This document shows positions 37,771 through 51,303 of a DNA stretch of 64,000 bases, piece by piece; within the stretch, counting starts at the first letter, position 1; every line of letters starts with the position of its first letter. This DNA comes from Podarcis liolepis (taxonomy: Eukaryota). The translations under genes were made by a program, and so were the position numbers. The stretch lies in assembly GCA_965112155.1 (NCBI GenBank), contig OZ218102.1; one strand, 5' to 3'. Below the pieces are notes generated by a model that was given only the letters and a program-made list of their open reading frames with translations, was not told the origin of the DNA and made no database searches.

Positions 37771-40700
37771 GGCATGGGTAGCCAGTTGCTTCTGCTCTGC
37801 AATTCATGGATTGAATTCCAGGGCTCATGTTTTTTGATGGAAGGGGAGCTAGTTGTGACAGAGGGAGATTTTCTAGCAGAGGAAGGTTACTGAAGGGGAG
37901 CCTTGAGACCTAACTCCTTGCTTGTAATCCTCAAGAGCAAGAAGATAGAGGATTCCTATGCTCCCTCAAAGAGAGAGGGGGGAAATGTTCCACATCCATG
38001 GTTTCCCCTTTCCATAGGCTTTTCTTTCTTACTTTCTCTTTCTCTCTCTTTTTCTTTTGCTTACAGTTTTTGGACTTGTAAATCAAGGCTTGAAAACCTA
38101 TTGATATTTTGTTTGCAAAACTCAATACGCCATGTTGTTCAGTCTCCTTTGTAGTTTGGGGTTTAGACAATTAATTGTTCAGCTTGGGGATAAGGCAAAT
38201 AATTTGTTCAGTTTGCTGCGTCTTTGATGCTAGATGCTAGAGGTGAGCGGCCTCTATGGCACATTATAAAATCTGCAATTATTAGGGCAGAAGTGTACAT
38301 TATTGCAGACATGGGACTGTAGCTAAAACTGACTTTTCACATGTCACATTCCTCTGCCTGTCCCCATTAAATGTAGTTTCACATCCCATGGTATGACACA
38401 TCACTGTGCTTTTCCTTGTATGTGACAGCCCATGTAGTTGAGTGGCAACAGAGACATGCAGAACTTGACAACATTACATCATGAGCTATGGGGAGGGAAT
38501 ACAATAGATACATTTCCCCTCTAAACACAATCCCATGTCTGTTGCAGTATGCAGTTCAGCCTTTAGGCTATATGCAATCCTACCAAAGGAATTCCTCTCA
38601 TAAGATGCCATTTGTGTTTAATTCACAAATGGCATTTTCTCTCTGACCAAGCCCTGTGACCTGCAGTTCACCAGTCACATAATGCTCTCTCTGAAATGTC
38701 TGTACTATGGCAAATTATCCTCCTCAATATTCTGTATTTTTTGATTACATCTGCTTGCTGAGCCCCACGATCTGCACTTTTTTCTAATTTAATGGAGATA
38801 CATTTTGGCAGTTGAAAGCTGTAACTTGAGCTATTTATAGCCTTTAATGCTGAGTGAGATCTTGGAAATGACACCAATGTCCAAACAAGCTCAATATTTA
38901 AATGCAGAGGTGGGATTTCCCAAGCCAAATAAGTACTGCTCAGACATGATGCTTATTTTTTGTCCAAGACAAATTGTCCATGACCAATTGTATCACTTTG
39001 ACAAAACTATATTTACCACCAGACACGGGTGAAGCTGTGTACAGTTTCACTGATTTATTTCACAATAAACATTAAAACTGTAGCCCACACATGCATAACC
39101 CAGGTCAGATAATCGATGATGACATTTATTGACTGTTCAGTGGAAGAAAGGACAGGACAGGTAAATCCAGTGATTTGCTCCCAATGTCCCTTCCAGCAAC
39201 TTAACAGACAAGTGTATTTCTATCACATTTCAATTTAGCATGTTTTTTTATATCCTATTTCTGCATTAATTTGCAATTTATAGAAAATCTGTCTAAATTC
39301 ATAAATACACATAGTTCAATGTATTTTCTCCCAATTCTAAATATGCAGTGCTACATGCATTTTTGTACACATTTTGAGCAAAGATCAGCACTGCAAAGCT
39401 TGAAGAAGTGTGAAATCTGAAGGATAACAGTGTTCTAAGCTGCACATTTGTATGGGAGATGTGGAGCAGGTCAGTTTGTATCAGAATTCCTCAAGCATCC
39501 CTTGTGCTATCACTGATTTTCTAATTGAAGCTTTATGTACACAGCTCCACACATAGATCAGGAAAGGAACCACATATGAAGCATCCATTTGCATGTGCTA
39601 TTCCACATCTACCTAGGGATGCCCAGGTGGAATGAAGCCTACTTCTACTGGCACATGTCCACCAGCAGAACTGGGGCATCTGTAATTATTGCTTAACACT
39701 TCCATGCATGTTCTATTATAATTTCCTGGGAAATGCATATGCCACATCTACAATGTTTAATTAGATCACATTTTCAAAGACAGCATGTTCAAAGAGTAAT
39801 CCAGTTCTAAATATTCTACTTTTGATTCAAGTTAAACTGTATTGGAATTCAAGTCAAACCTGGGAGGCTTTAGTTTACATTTTATACACATTTTCAGTTT
39901 GACAACTTTTATATCACTTAATGATACACATGTAAAAAAAGAAGACAGACCAAGTCAATATAGGAAACATGCAGCATTATTTGGATCAGAAAGCATAATT
40001 GCTCAATAAGGCTAAAAATAAAAGCCAAGTAAGAGCATTGAGATTTTGGCTGCAGTGCTGCACACATTCAGCTGCTTTAATACCCAGTGAAGTTAGCGGA
40101 ATTTACGCAGCCTGATTGTACACAGGGCTGCAGCCCTTTCCAATTAAATTTAGCCAATATGAAGCAAAGGCCAGTTAACCAAGAAAACCCAATCACAGGC
40201 AACTGGCATTTTGTAATAGTGTATTCCAAAAAGTGCAAATAGTTTGGTTTGGGTTTTTTTAAAAAAGATTAAAGAGAATGTGGCAGAGAGAGAGAGAGCG
40301 CACTAAAGATCAGACAGCTTTCCAGCTTTTGCATCTGGCTCAATTAAAATTCCTGGCAATTCAGAACATGGTGACAGCTCACTGTGAGCAGTAGCCATGG
40401 CCCCACCTGCAAGGAAATGTGAAGTACCAATAGCCAGTCTAAAATCAGGAGAGAAAATAAACATAGTCTCTTTATTTTGTGTATGGTGAGAGTGCCAGTA
40501 CCTCTCCGTGTAAATGCTCTATTGGACATGAACAGAGATGGGTTTTGTACAGGTATCCGATATGATCTGACTAATCCATCCCTGGCTGTTGACTTTCTAC
40601 TGTGCTTCCAGGCAGTGAGAAGTATTGCCCATTCATATGCTGAGCTTAGAGCTTTCTATCTTCCCCATGGCGAGGGACCATGGCTCAAGCTTTGCATTCT

Positions 40701-40858
40701 TAAGGTCTTAGGTATCCCTTGGTATCTCCAGTAGATTTAGAAGTCCTCTTTCTTCCTGAGACCCTGAAGGAGGCTACCATTCAAGAGTAGAATATACTGT
40801 TCTAGATAAACAAATACAGCCCCCCCCCAATTGCACACCATGGGTGCACAACGGCGTA

Positions 40859-41070
40859 CAGTGGTACCTCGGGTTACATACGCTTCAGGTTACAGACTCC
40901 GCTAACCCAGAAATAGTACCTTGGGTTAAGAATTTTGCTTCAGGATGAGAACAGAAATCGTGCGGCGGCAGGAGGCCCCATTAGCTAAAGTGGTGCTTCA
41001 GGTTAAGAACAGTTTCAGGTTAAGAACGGACCTCCAGAACAAATTAAGTTCTTAACCCGAGGTACCACTG
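40859..41070. mobile_element. Tc1/mariner MITE, third copy, opposite orientation
   Basis: TIR CAGTGGTACCTCGGGTTA / TAACCCGAGGTACCACTG, TA flanks. Confidence 0.92.
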
Positions 41071-44000
41071 TATACATGTGGCACCGGGAAATAAATAATT
41101 CAAATCAAATCTGGAAATGGTGAGGAGAGGAGACCCTCCCCAGAGCCCCCAGACTCCAGTGAGGGCAAAGGAAGCCCCAAAGAGACCTGAGGCACTCTGG
41201 GGCTTTGTTTACACTGCTCCGCCTCCCCCGCCTAACAGTTGGTGTCCAGGTTAGTGCAGCAGCCACTTTCCTGTGCATCCTCCAGGCTCCAACCAGCCCC
41301 AGAGCTTCAATTCTTGTTTTGGATACAGTATTTTTGGTCTGGATTGAAGAGAGAATGGCAGGAAGGATGTTGAGAGGCTGTGTAAAGGGTGCTCCCCACT
41401 TTACGTGATTTCACTCATGTGCATGGGCCTAGAACGTAAGTAAGTGGGAGTTGCCTGCACTCCGACCTGGTATAAGGCTGCCTTCTTTCCATTGCTTTAT
41501 GATTGTTACACACAGCACATAATGCAGAATTCAACTGAAGTTTTAAAGAACATTTTTTTAATCCTCATGTGCCCAGTTCCTTGACAGCATGTTCTCAGCT
41601 TTTCAGGGCTCAACTGTGGCCTGAAAAGACATTATTCCAATTCAGAATATGCCCATGATGGCTTTCGTTTTCTCTGTTTTAATAAAACCACAATAAAGCT
41701 GTGTTTGCTCTTAAAAACACTTAAATGAAGTACTAGATAAAAGAAAACCAGGCCAGTAAAAGCCACTTTCTCATTCAGGTTCTCTTGCATACCATACAAA
41801 CAGCATTAATTTGAAAATGTTAGATGTTCCACAGGTTATATAGATGAAACGCTACATGAGCTCCTCGTCCTTCTTTTGCAGACAAAATATGGTGCTTTTA
41901 AAATTTGTCACCTTTTCTGTCACGCTGCACAGCAACAAAAAAGGCAACAGATCCACAAACTGCAGAATTTTGGCAGTTCAATCTGGAATACAGGATAGGG
42001 CATGAACTTTAAGTGATGTTATAATATCAGTGACTGACAGGTGGGCAACCCAACCCACCTTTTGAAGTGATAATCACTGGATCCAGAGGGATCCAACTTC
42101 CCATGCCATAATCAATTTGTCAGCCTTTAAAGTGTGGCAGATTAACACAGCTGTTCCTTGGGGAGTAGCCTACGCACCACATATTAACATACCTCCCGAC
42201 ATTTCCACTTTTAACAGAATTGTTTGACAGTGATAATTTGTCATCCCTTTGGAAGGGCTTTCTCACAATAGTTTCTCTCATTCCACACATGTGCTGATGT
42301 AAGGAATACATCCCACCCCCTCACATAAAAATCTAGCAATTCTTCTAGAAACATTGGTTTATTTCATTCCTGTCACAGCCCTCATTTTCTCAATGACACC
42401 TTGCTTCTCAGAGGTGGGAAACTCAAGTGTGGTCAGATTGTACCTGGTATTAACTGAAATTATCACTAGCATTTTGACTAAAGTGAAGTTAGAACTGGAT
42501 TTGGGTGAACAACCTTAGTTGAAGCACCTGAGAAATCTTTAGGAGAGAAAAAGGAAAATATACCCTCTTCAGCTACATCTGCAGGGGACATCATGGGTGT
42601 GGCCAGAACTCAGACTATACCTGAACTGGTAGCTTAGCAATTAAAATTTTCCTTGAAATCTGATTAAAATATCTGAACTTTTAATTGGAAACAGAAAAAC
42701 AGATATTTCCCCCCCATGGGAAATATGTTAGCAAAAATCAACCATGTTAAGCCAGGTTGAACAGCCTGGGGTAAATCTAATCTGTGAAAAAGCTTGTTCT
42801 AGGTGGTTGTGGTTGTGGTTGTTGTTTTTTAAATACTGTAGTCATTACAGTAAATAACTTGGAATAACTGAAATAATAATTTAATCATGGCAAGGTACCT
42901 TTCCTGGCAGACTGCTGACATTTAACAGTAAGTGTGGAGGGGGGGAGGGACTCAAAATAAAACTCCAAGGTTCTTAATTAAACTGAAAACCAGTGAATAT
43001 GCATCATTGCCAGTTGCCAAGGAAATTTTCATCTGACTGGCACCAGGAAGATATTAAACTGAGTATAAATTTAAGATTAATAACCAGTCTCCAGAATGAG
43101 CTCAGACACACTAAAAGATAACACTCTATTTGTCAGTTTCCTGTCCTTTGCAGTGTCATCTCTATTATTGCACATTGTCGTCTCCAAATGTTTTATGCCA
43201 TTACATATATTTTCAAGTCAAACATAATAGCTGTAGCAGACCCAAATCTTTTCTGATCTAAGTAGTTCAGTATGAACACTCAACTCAAGCCATTGACTTT
43301 AGTGCTATGGCCCTTAAATAAGGAGATTACCTTTTCTCTAGGCTTCTGGTAACTTAATAGCTCAATGGGTATTGAATGCTGCAAGATATCTGATTAAAAG
43401 AGCAAAGGTGGTTGGTGGATACTAGCTACTAAACATATCCCACTTATCTGGGTGGGGACTAGTCAGATATCTGGGTTTTTAGATTACTCTCAAGAAGAAG
43501 CCTTCAAGGGCTCAAAGGACAAGATTGTCCGGGGGGGGGGGGCGCTGGCTGGCTAGTGCAATCTGTCAACTTCCTCTTGTTCAGCATGTACATTTGTAAA
43601 TAAAGAGACACCATAAAACACTCAGTCTCTGGTACATTCTCTTCACACAGTAACTGATAGTAATAGGTAGCCTCTGAAATCTCCTACTGCTTAAGTTAAT
43701 GGGAAGGGTAAAACAACAGTAATTATCTCTAATTAGAGGTCTATACCAGGTACTGTAATTTAAGAATCACATGAAATTAAGTCATTAAAATGTAACTTCT
43801 CCCAGCTTTTAATATGGAAATATATGACTTATATAAACTGCCTGAAACTATACATTGAGTTGTTTTTCCCATTTTCATTATTTAGAACTTCCAGGTTAAA
43901 ACAACAACAACATTCTATTTCCTTAATTGAAAACATCTTGACAACATTGAAGTTGTTTCACTATAAATAAAGGATTAATTAAAATTAAAATTAAATTAAT

Positions 44001-44118
44001 CAAAATCTAAATCCATGCTCTCTCTTGTCCAGATGCTTTAATTGAATCCCACCCAATATATGTATATAACAATAAGGCTAGGCATATAAAGCTGATGTAC
44101 TGATGTTATGCTTAAGAC

Positions 44119-44229
44119 CAGTGTTATTTTTCTAGAAAATGAGGTGCTGGAACTCACTATGAACTTATAATAGCAATGGCAACCACCTGAGATGTGCTGG
44201 AACTGAGTTCTGGCTTTAAAAAAGCCCTG
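44119..44229. mobile_element. Short hAT MITE
   Basis: CAG...CTG termini, 8-bp TSD cttaagac/ctaaagac, internal repeated gtgctggaact. Confidence 0.7.
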
Positions 44230-45538
44230 CTAAAGACTTGTCAAAAGTAAATGTGGATCTTACTTTAAGTGATATTCAACTTAGGTTAGACCCTTTGAAA
44301 ATAATGGACTTTAGTTACTTGTCCATTGCTTTTAACATGTCTCTTGATTATGGCTAACATTGGCTATCACCCCTTATCTAGAAGAAATATATGTGTCTCT
44401 TTGCTTAGCTTAACATCATAAGAAACTTTAGGGAGGATAAATTAGTTAAAATATACAAATTAACTAATAAAATATACTATTAAGTGCTTAGGATTTTCAA
44501 GAAACATTATAATAGTTTGATTGTATTCTGAATTGAGCTGAGTTATTTTCTTCATGTGATAGGATTATCAGAGACTGTAACTATGATGTGGGGTTTGAAC
44601 ATACATGCTTTCTACCATCTGAAGCTCTCTTGCTTGTACCTACTAACTGGCAGGATCTTAGACAGGGAACCTAGACAATGCTCTCCTATTTGAAGTATTG
44701 AAATTTAAAATCTAAGCTTTGATTTGTTTATTTGAGATGTTTATTAATAAAAATAGGAAAAGAACTCAATACTTTGTACTTTAATTACCCAAACAAAAAA
44801 TGAACCCACTAAATTAATAGGTGTACTCTGTGCTGAAGTGTAGTAATCAGGTTTGTTGGTTGCCCAAATCTTTCTAAAGGCTAACTCTATAAACTGATAA
44901 CACTACAAAAGTTTAAATTCACAACAATAGTTTCAGACAGGAGCACATTCGACTGACTGGCAGTGGCTCTCCAGGGTTGCAGACAGAAGTCTCTCCCAAT
45001 CCTGGCTAGAGATGCCAAGCTATTGAACTTTAGGCACTTTGCATGCAAAACGTGTGCTCTAGCACTGAGCTACAGTCCTTTCCCAGCCATTCAAACTAAG
45101 TCACAGAATCCATGGAAATGTTTTAGATGTTAGATTTGCATCCTGGCCTAACCCTAAATCTGACATTTGAAAAGCAGAATTGAAAGGAAAAGAGAGTGTG
45201 TTATCTGAATAATTAAAAAACAAAAACAAAACTGCATTCCCAAAACCAGATTCTGTACATTCACCCACAGATGCTGTGGCCAGACTGGCTTTGCTCTTGC
45301 TGAGATGGCACACAGGCTCAAAACACCTATGGGCCTTCTGGTTGAGGGATGTGGCTAAAGCCTTCTTACCTGTGACCCTTGGAGGCCCTGATACAGAGAG
45401 GGGAAGGAGCAGGGCCACTTACAACTTTCCCTTTGACTCTCAGGGTCACCATACAAGCAGAATCAAGGCGATACTGAAGGCAAAACTTCCTGGACTGCAC
45501 CATGTCAGATAGTAGTCATGATGAGTTTCATATCTGAA

Positions 45539-45706
45539 CAGTGGCGTAGCGTGGGGGGTGCAGGGGGTGCCGGCCGCACCAGGCGCAACATCTGGGGGTT
45601 AGGGTTAGGGGGCACAAATCCACGGGTTAGGGGGCGCAAATCCACGGGTTAGGGGGCGCAAATCCACGGGTTAGGGGGCGCAAATTATTTGCCTTGCCCT
45701 GGGTGC
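45539..45706. mobile_element. Truncated hAT element related to 9708-10100, with an internal 22-bp tandem array
   Basis: Starts CAGTGGCGTAGCGTGGG, the reverse complement of the 10084-10100 end. Contains about 3.8 copies of GGGTTAGGGGGCGCAAATCCAC at 45602-45685. The other TIR is missing. Confidence 0.8.
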
Positions 45707-46084
45707 AAAATAAAAACAGGCCATGACAGCACAAGGCATAGTCTGCACCCTGAGAGGAAAGGCAAGCAAACCACCTAAACCAGCCTCCACTTAATGGCTG
45801 ATGGATGTGGCTAAGCAGTTCTACTGCCAATCCTTAGAGGCCCAGAGAGACTGAAATTGGAAAAGGCATAGTTAGTTGGCTGGAACACTAAAGAAGAACC
45901 TTCCAACGCTGCAACATTTTGTTGAAGGTCCCACTTGTTTCTTGGAAGTCCCACTGGGAAATGTGGCAGCTTCATCTGGTGAGGAAGGCTGTCTATGACG
46001 CTATTGATACAATACCACTACATCCTCTTTGTAAAAGCAGGAAAAAGTGTAGGTCATAGAAATAGTATCTCATGGAAATACTAT

Positions 46085-46658
46085 ATCTAGGCTGCGTCAA
46101 CAAAAGTATAGTGTCCAGATCAAGGGAAGTAATAATACCACTATTCTGCCTTGGTCAGACCACACCTGGAATACTGTGTCCAATTCTGGGCACCACAATT
46201 TCAGAAAGCTGTTGACAAACTGGAACACGTGCAGAGGAAGGCAGCCCAGATGATTAAGGGTCTGGAAATAGCCTTATGAGGAATACTTGAAGGAGCTGAG
46301 TATATTTAGCCTGGAAAAGAGGAGAGTGAGAGGAGATGTGATAGCCATCTTCAAATATCCTAAGGGCTGTCACATGGAAGAGGGAGCATGCTTGTTTTTT
46401 CCTGCTCTGGAGGGTACGGCTCAAATCAATGGCTTCAAGTTACAAGAAAGGAGATTCCAACTAAACATTTGGAAAAAGCTTTCTGACAGTAAGACAGCAG
46501 CGGAACAGACTCCCACAAGAGGTGGTGGACTCTCCTTCCTTGGAGATTTTTAAACAGAGGTTGGATGGCCATCTGTCATGGATGATTTGAGTTTCCTGCT
46601 TTGCAGGGGGTTGGATGAGATGATCCTTGGGGTCTTCTTCCAGCTCTGTGATTCTATA
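46085..46658 (+). mobile_element. CR1 LINE 3' fragment
   Basis: RT C-terminus ([16 protein letters not shown]; FSLEKRR.RGD.IA.FKY) and tail ttccagctctgtgattcta. Confidence 0.9.
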
Positions 46659-46748
46659 ACCAACCCGTACTCTCAGCTGAACTGAGCTCTCTATGAAGTA
46701 TCCACCCCCAAATTAGGAAGCTATAAATTCTTATCAGGAGGCTTCCTT

Positions 46749-47283
46749 CTGATAATCAGACATCAAGAATCACAAAACAGAGAAACCAGTAGGAGAACAC
46801 TTCAATCTCCCAGGACATTCTATACAAGATCTCAAAGTAGCTGTTTTACTACAAAGGAGTTTCAGAAATAGACTGGAAAGAGAAGCTGCTGAATTGCAAC
46901 TCATTACCAAACTTAAAACCATGGAGAGACCTGGTCTCAACAGAGACATTGGATTCTTATCTCATTATACATGACTAGCTATTTTTCACCTTCTCACCCC
47001 TTGCCTTTTCCTGTAAGACCTATTGCAGTCGTTAAGAGTCGTCAACAGGCTCATCTCAGCTACCTGCCAATCACCCATTCCCACCACCCTTCTGAGTAAT
47101 ACCCCTCCCCACCTTCTCACTATATAGAAGGATCTGGCAACTTCTGTTTCAGTGTATCTGAAGAAGTGTGCATGCACACGAAAGCTCATACCAAGAACTA
47201 ACTTAGTTGGTCTTTAAGGTGCTACTGGAAGGAATTTTTTTATTTTGACTATGGCAGACCAACACGGCTACCTATCTGTAACT
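46749..47283 (+). mobile_element. Penelope-like element (Neptune-type GIY-YIG C-terminus plus pLTR)
   Basis: Translates SDIKNHKTEKPVGEHFNLPGHSIQDLKVAVLLQRSFRNRLEREAAELQLITKLKTMERPGLNRD...* followed by a hammerhead and ttggtctttaaggtgctac. gcttcctt flanks both ends (46741-46748 and 47284-47291). Confidence 0.88.
47154..47191 (+). ncRNA. Minimal type I hammerhead ribozyme (Penelope-associated)
   Basis: GUAU-CUGAAGA-A-GUGUG(CAUG)CACAC-GAAA-GC-UC-AUAC: intact core, stem I GUAU/AUAC, stem II of 5 bp, stem III reduced to a palindromic AGCU. Confidence 0.8.
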
Positions 47284-47338
47284 GCTTCCTTGCAGTGTTT
47301 ACCTTAAGTTCATCCTAGCTTAAGATTTCACACTTGGA

Positions 47339-47480
47339 GAATCATAGAATTGTGGAATTGGAAGGGACCATGAGGATCCTCTACTCCAACCTCCTGCAAT
47401 ACAGAAATATTTTGCCCAATGTGGGGCTCAAACCCACACCCCTGAGATTAAGAGTCTCATGCTCTACCAACTGAGCTATC
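47339..47480 (-). mobile_element. tRNA-Lys/CR1-tail SINE
   Basis: Reverse complement gatagctcagttggtagagcatgagactcttaatctcaggg...ccccacattgggc followed by a CR1 tail. Confidence 0.85.
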
Positions 47481-48987
47481 AAACTTCAGCTCCCTAGTAT
47501 AGCATGTGGGTGAAAAGGATTCAGGGCATTTTCTTGCTCATTGATTATTTTGGCTTTGTATTTGTAAAAATTAAAATTAAAATACTCTCATTTGATATGC
47601 TGGCAATATTTCTTCCTAGTAATTTCTCCAAAGGCTCACGATAACCCTGGCCTCACTAAATCACAGCTGGCAAGATTACTACAAGAACAATTTACAGAAG
47701 GTAGAATTATATAACATTCTTGAAAGCAATTGCCTTATAACAATTTATTTGCTAGGAAAGAGGAAACAAAGGACTCACAAAGTGAATACTTTCCAACAAC
47801 TAATAAGTATTAAATATATACATACACTTACTTTAATCAAGGAGTTAAGCACCTAATTAAGCAGAAAATGCAATTGCATTTTTAAATAGACTATCCCAAA
47901 CTTCAGGCTCACACATTGTCCTCTCACTGCTCTTACCTTCTAAAAGCCATTATAATTTTTTTAAACACACAAACTATGAACTCTGATTCAGAGAAAGCAA
48001 TTCCTTATGAATTATGCATCAGGGATACATATGGAAGTTTCCATGGTCAGGTGGTAGGAGAAGGCTGTTAAAGAAAGATAAAACAAGAAAAAAAAATGTA
48101 TTCTGGGCCACTTCTCTTTCAGAAAGGGATAGAAAGACGGACAGTTTCTGGATCAGTATGGTTTGATTGTGGAATTTATGTGAATAAGGAAACTAACGAT
48201 GTAATGCTGCCATCTCAATATGCTACCCTGTGGAACTCATAATTCTTTATGCTCTAGTAACAGTAAGGAAGCTCATTATATTTATACTGTTCTTTGTAGA
48301 GGCTAAATCCTGTGTGATTCTTGCAGTGCCTATTAGTCTCTGGACCTGAATTTTATTTATGTTTTAAGTTATGTTCTTTGCATAGCAAGATGAATAACCC
48401 AGATCTTAGTGGAAGCTAAACTATAGCAGAATGGAAACAGCACTGATTGCAGTGAATACAGGATGGGATGGAAATCGCTGCCTCTCAGCCACATCCTCAT
48501 TCATTACACATGGAAGATGAACATTCATAGGTGATGGTGCCAATCAGGTGATGAGTGTGGGGAGGTCTACAGGAAGGAAACTGACGTGTGACACATACAC
48601 CCCAACTGCTGCTGCCTAAGTCACTATGGTAGGAGTAAAAAGCCAGGGAGGTCTCTGTCCTCCAGGGCTGGTTGTACCATTAGGAAGAGTGAAGTGACCT
48701 CCACAGGGAGCTGATTTTTCATATCATAAAAGGGAAACAAATTATTAGTTGTTTGATTGTTACTGCAGGTTACAAAATATTTTAACAGATGCATCTTAGT
48801 TAGATGAAAACATCAACCCGGAGCAGCACAATGACTTCGGCCAGCCCTAGAATTCTTAAATTCTAGTTAGAGCAATCAAAATGATTCAAAGCAGTGATTG
48901 ATAATACCTTGCACATACTCAAGGCATAACGTTCTAAAGGAGGCTATTACTGTCAGCAGAAATGCCTATACAATTGTGGTGAAAGCC

Positions 48988-49062
48988 ACTATGTACTACT
49001 AAAGACTTTTCTTCCTAGAATTTGTACTATGTACTACTAAAGACTTTTCTTCCTAGAATTTG
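48988..49062. repeat. Perfect tandem duplication (38-bp period)
   Basis: actatgtactactaaagacttttcttcctagaatttg at 48988-49024 and 49026-49062. Confidence 0.9.
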
Positions 49063-50974
49063 CCTTTGTTATTGTATTTGCAGCTATAGTAGGTGTGGCA
49101 ATGATGCTATTCTTCCTTGTTACTTTCCTTCTGGGCACCATCCTAATTTCCCAAAGATCACAACAACTAACCTTTCTGAAGACTTGAAGAACCTTTAGTG
49201 CCATGGCAAGGTGGCTGCTTTGCATTGAATGGTATTTATTTCTGTGATGCCCTTTTAAAAATGAGGTACAGCTTATCAAATGTGAGCTTCCTTCAGCCTT
49301 CAAAAGGTGATTAAATAACTTCTCCTGTCTTGCCTTTTATATCATGCACCAGTTTATATATCCACATGGGATTTTGTTTATAATTTTATTACAAAGAAAT
49401 GTCACCAATTTGACAGCTTCCCAAGCTCTGGCAATTGAAACCCAGGCTTCATTCCCCCTTTCTGTTCAGTTCTTAGAACGGATTCTTTACAATTGTCTAA
49501 GTATGGCGAGATGCTAGACGATTGTTCATATAACTAATTCATTTCAAATTGTTCTAAATTGCAGTGCAGTTTTCATTAATGCTGCTCCCAGTTTTAGAAG
49601 AGAAATAAAGGATTTATTGCCCTCTGTCATATTTCTCATTCCAATAAAAGTGACACAGTGGGGAAGAAAACAAATAACTGCTGATTCAGAACAGGAAAGT
49701 CCAGCCTCTGCGAGGCTGCCATTACCATCTGCCCTGATCACTGGCGGGGGGGGGGGTGGAGTTGCTATAAAGCGAAGTGGATTTTGTATGTTCTTGATGG
49801 GTTTGTGGAAGCCAGACATATGGGTCTGTGTCCAATGTTCTCTGGCAGGCTAAGGACTCTTGTGGTAGAAGACATGTGCTTAAATGTTCAGCAACAGAGC
49901 AGTCCAATGCAGCAGTTGATCTCATTGTGCAACAAAGTTACCAGAAATCTGCTTATGTATTCTCTTGTGCAACAATGCTCCACTGGCATAAAACAGTTCA
50001 CCAGTGGGATGAGTATATCGTTAAGTGACTTAAGTGTAGCACTACATTGGGTGCAACCCTTGATGCTGTTTCAAGACCATGCAAAATGTACACTTGGAGA
50101 TAATTTAGAGGACCTCTCCACAAAAGCAAGCATCACTTCCTCTGTTGCCTTCTTCAGTACATTTTTGGGCTTTTCCTTATGTTATATGGTATATAGAGTA
50201 GGTAGATTGTACAATGATTCTCACCTTCATCTGTGTTATTTGTATGATGCTCACAGAGTGCATTATAGAAATTGAACTCAAGGGAGAGAAATAACTCTTC
50301 AGAGAAATTATTCATTTGTTAAATCAGCGCAAAGTTGCATTTTCTTCTAGCACTCCAGTTTGTTTTCTAAAAACCTGCCCTACTTCCCCAATTAAACATC
50401 ATATTCTGATTTCTATTCCCCAGTCAGTCTCAACAGTCAACAGTCTCAATCTATATAGCACTAGCTATTTCCTAACAACTGCTACTATTAGGCTAGTGCC
50501 CAGGCTTGACTCAACTGGGATGAATTTAAAACACTACAGGGAAGCAATTCAGAATCAAGAAAACTACTGGGGAAAGATTGTGTTGCTGCTGACCTAATTT
50601 AGCTGACTTTATTTCAGAATGGGTAAGGAAAAACAGTCTTACAGCTGAATCCTATGCTATCCTAAGAGCAAGTCTCACTCTTCTCAATGCGCTTAGGCTC
50701 AAGTTAGTATAATGCAGCATTACCAACAGTGCAAGCCTAATAACATCCTAAGTGGTAGATGTATTAGACAATACAGCCAACCTAAAATCTTGTGGCATCT
50801 TACAAATTAACATTATCATGTAAATTGAATGACTGGGATTATTCAATTAAAGCTTCAATGTACGTAAAGCAAGCATATTGACTAGAACAGAAGTAACTGT
50901 TAAAATAGACCTCTAAGCATGTTTACTCAGAAGTAAGTCCAATGGAATTTATTCCCTAGTAAGGTTGATTACTA

Positions 50975-51303
50975 GGGATGCGGGTGGCGCTGTGGGTTAA
51001 ACCACAGAGCCTAGGACTTGCCGATCAGAAGGTCAGCGGTTCGAATCCCCGTGACGGGGTGAACTCCCGTTGCTCGGGCCCTGCTCCTGCCAACCTAGCA
51101 GTTTGAAAGCACGTCAAAGTGAAAGTAGATAAATAGGTACCGCTCTGGCGGGAAGGTAAATGGCGTTTCTGTATGCTGCTCTGGTTCACGGCTTAGTCAT
51201 GACCCGGAAGCTGTACGCCGGCTCCCTCGGCCAATAAAGCGAGATGTGTCCCGCAACCCCAGAGTCGGCCATAACTGGACCTAATGGTCAGGGGTCCCCT
51301 TTA
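50975..51303 (+). mobile_element. Sauria SINE
   Basis: GGGATGCGGGTGGCGCTGTGGGTTAAACCACAGAGCCTAGG...GGTTCGAATCCCC head. 11-bp TSD aaggttgatta at 50961-50971 and 51307-51317. Confidence 0.92.

Noticed and set aside
45602-45685. CRISPR-like or true telomeric array
   Set aside because: There are no unique spacers, the context is eukaryotic, and the units are hAT subterminal repeats with only isolated TTAGGG.
47405-47480. tRNA-Lys gene
   Set aside because: The acceptor stem is degenerate and the sequence is fused to a CR1 tail, so it is a SINE head.
49784-50275. 163-aa ORF, and other 60-150-aa ORFs in the track
   Set aside because: No recognisable domain or splice context. Consistent with chance ORFs or antisense frames of repeats.
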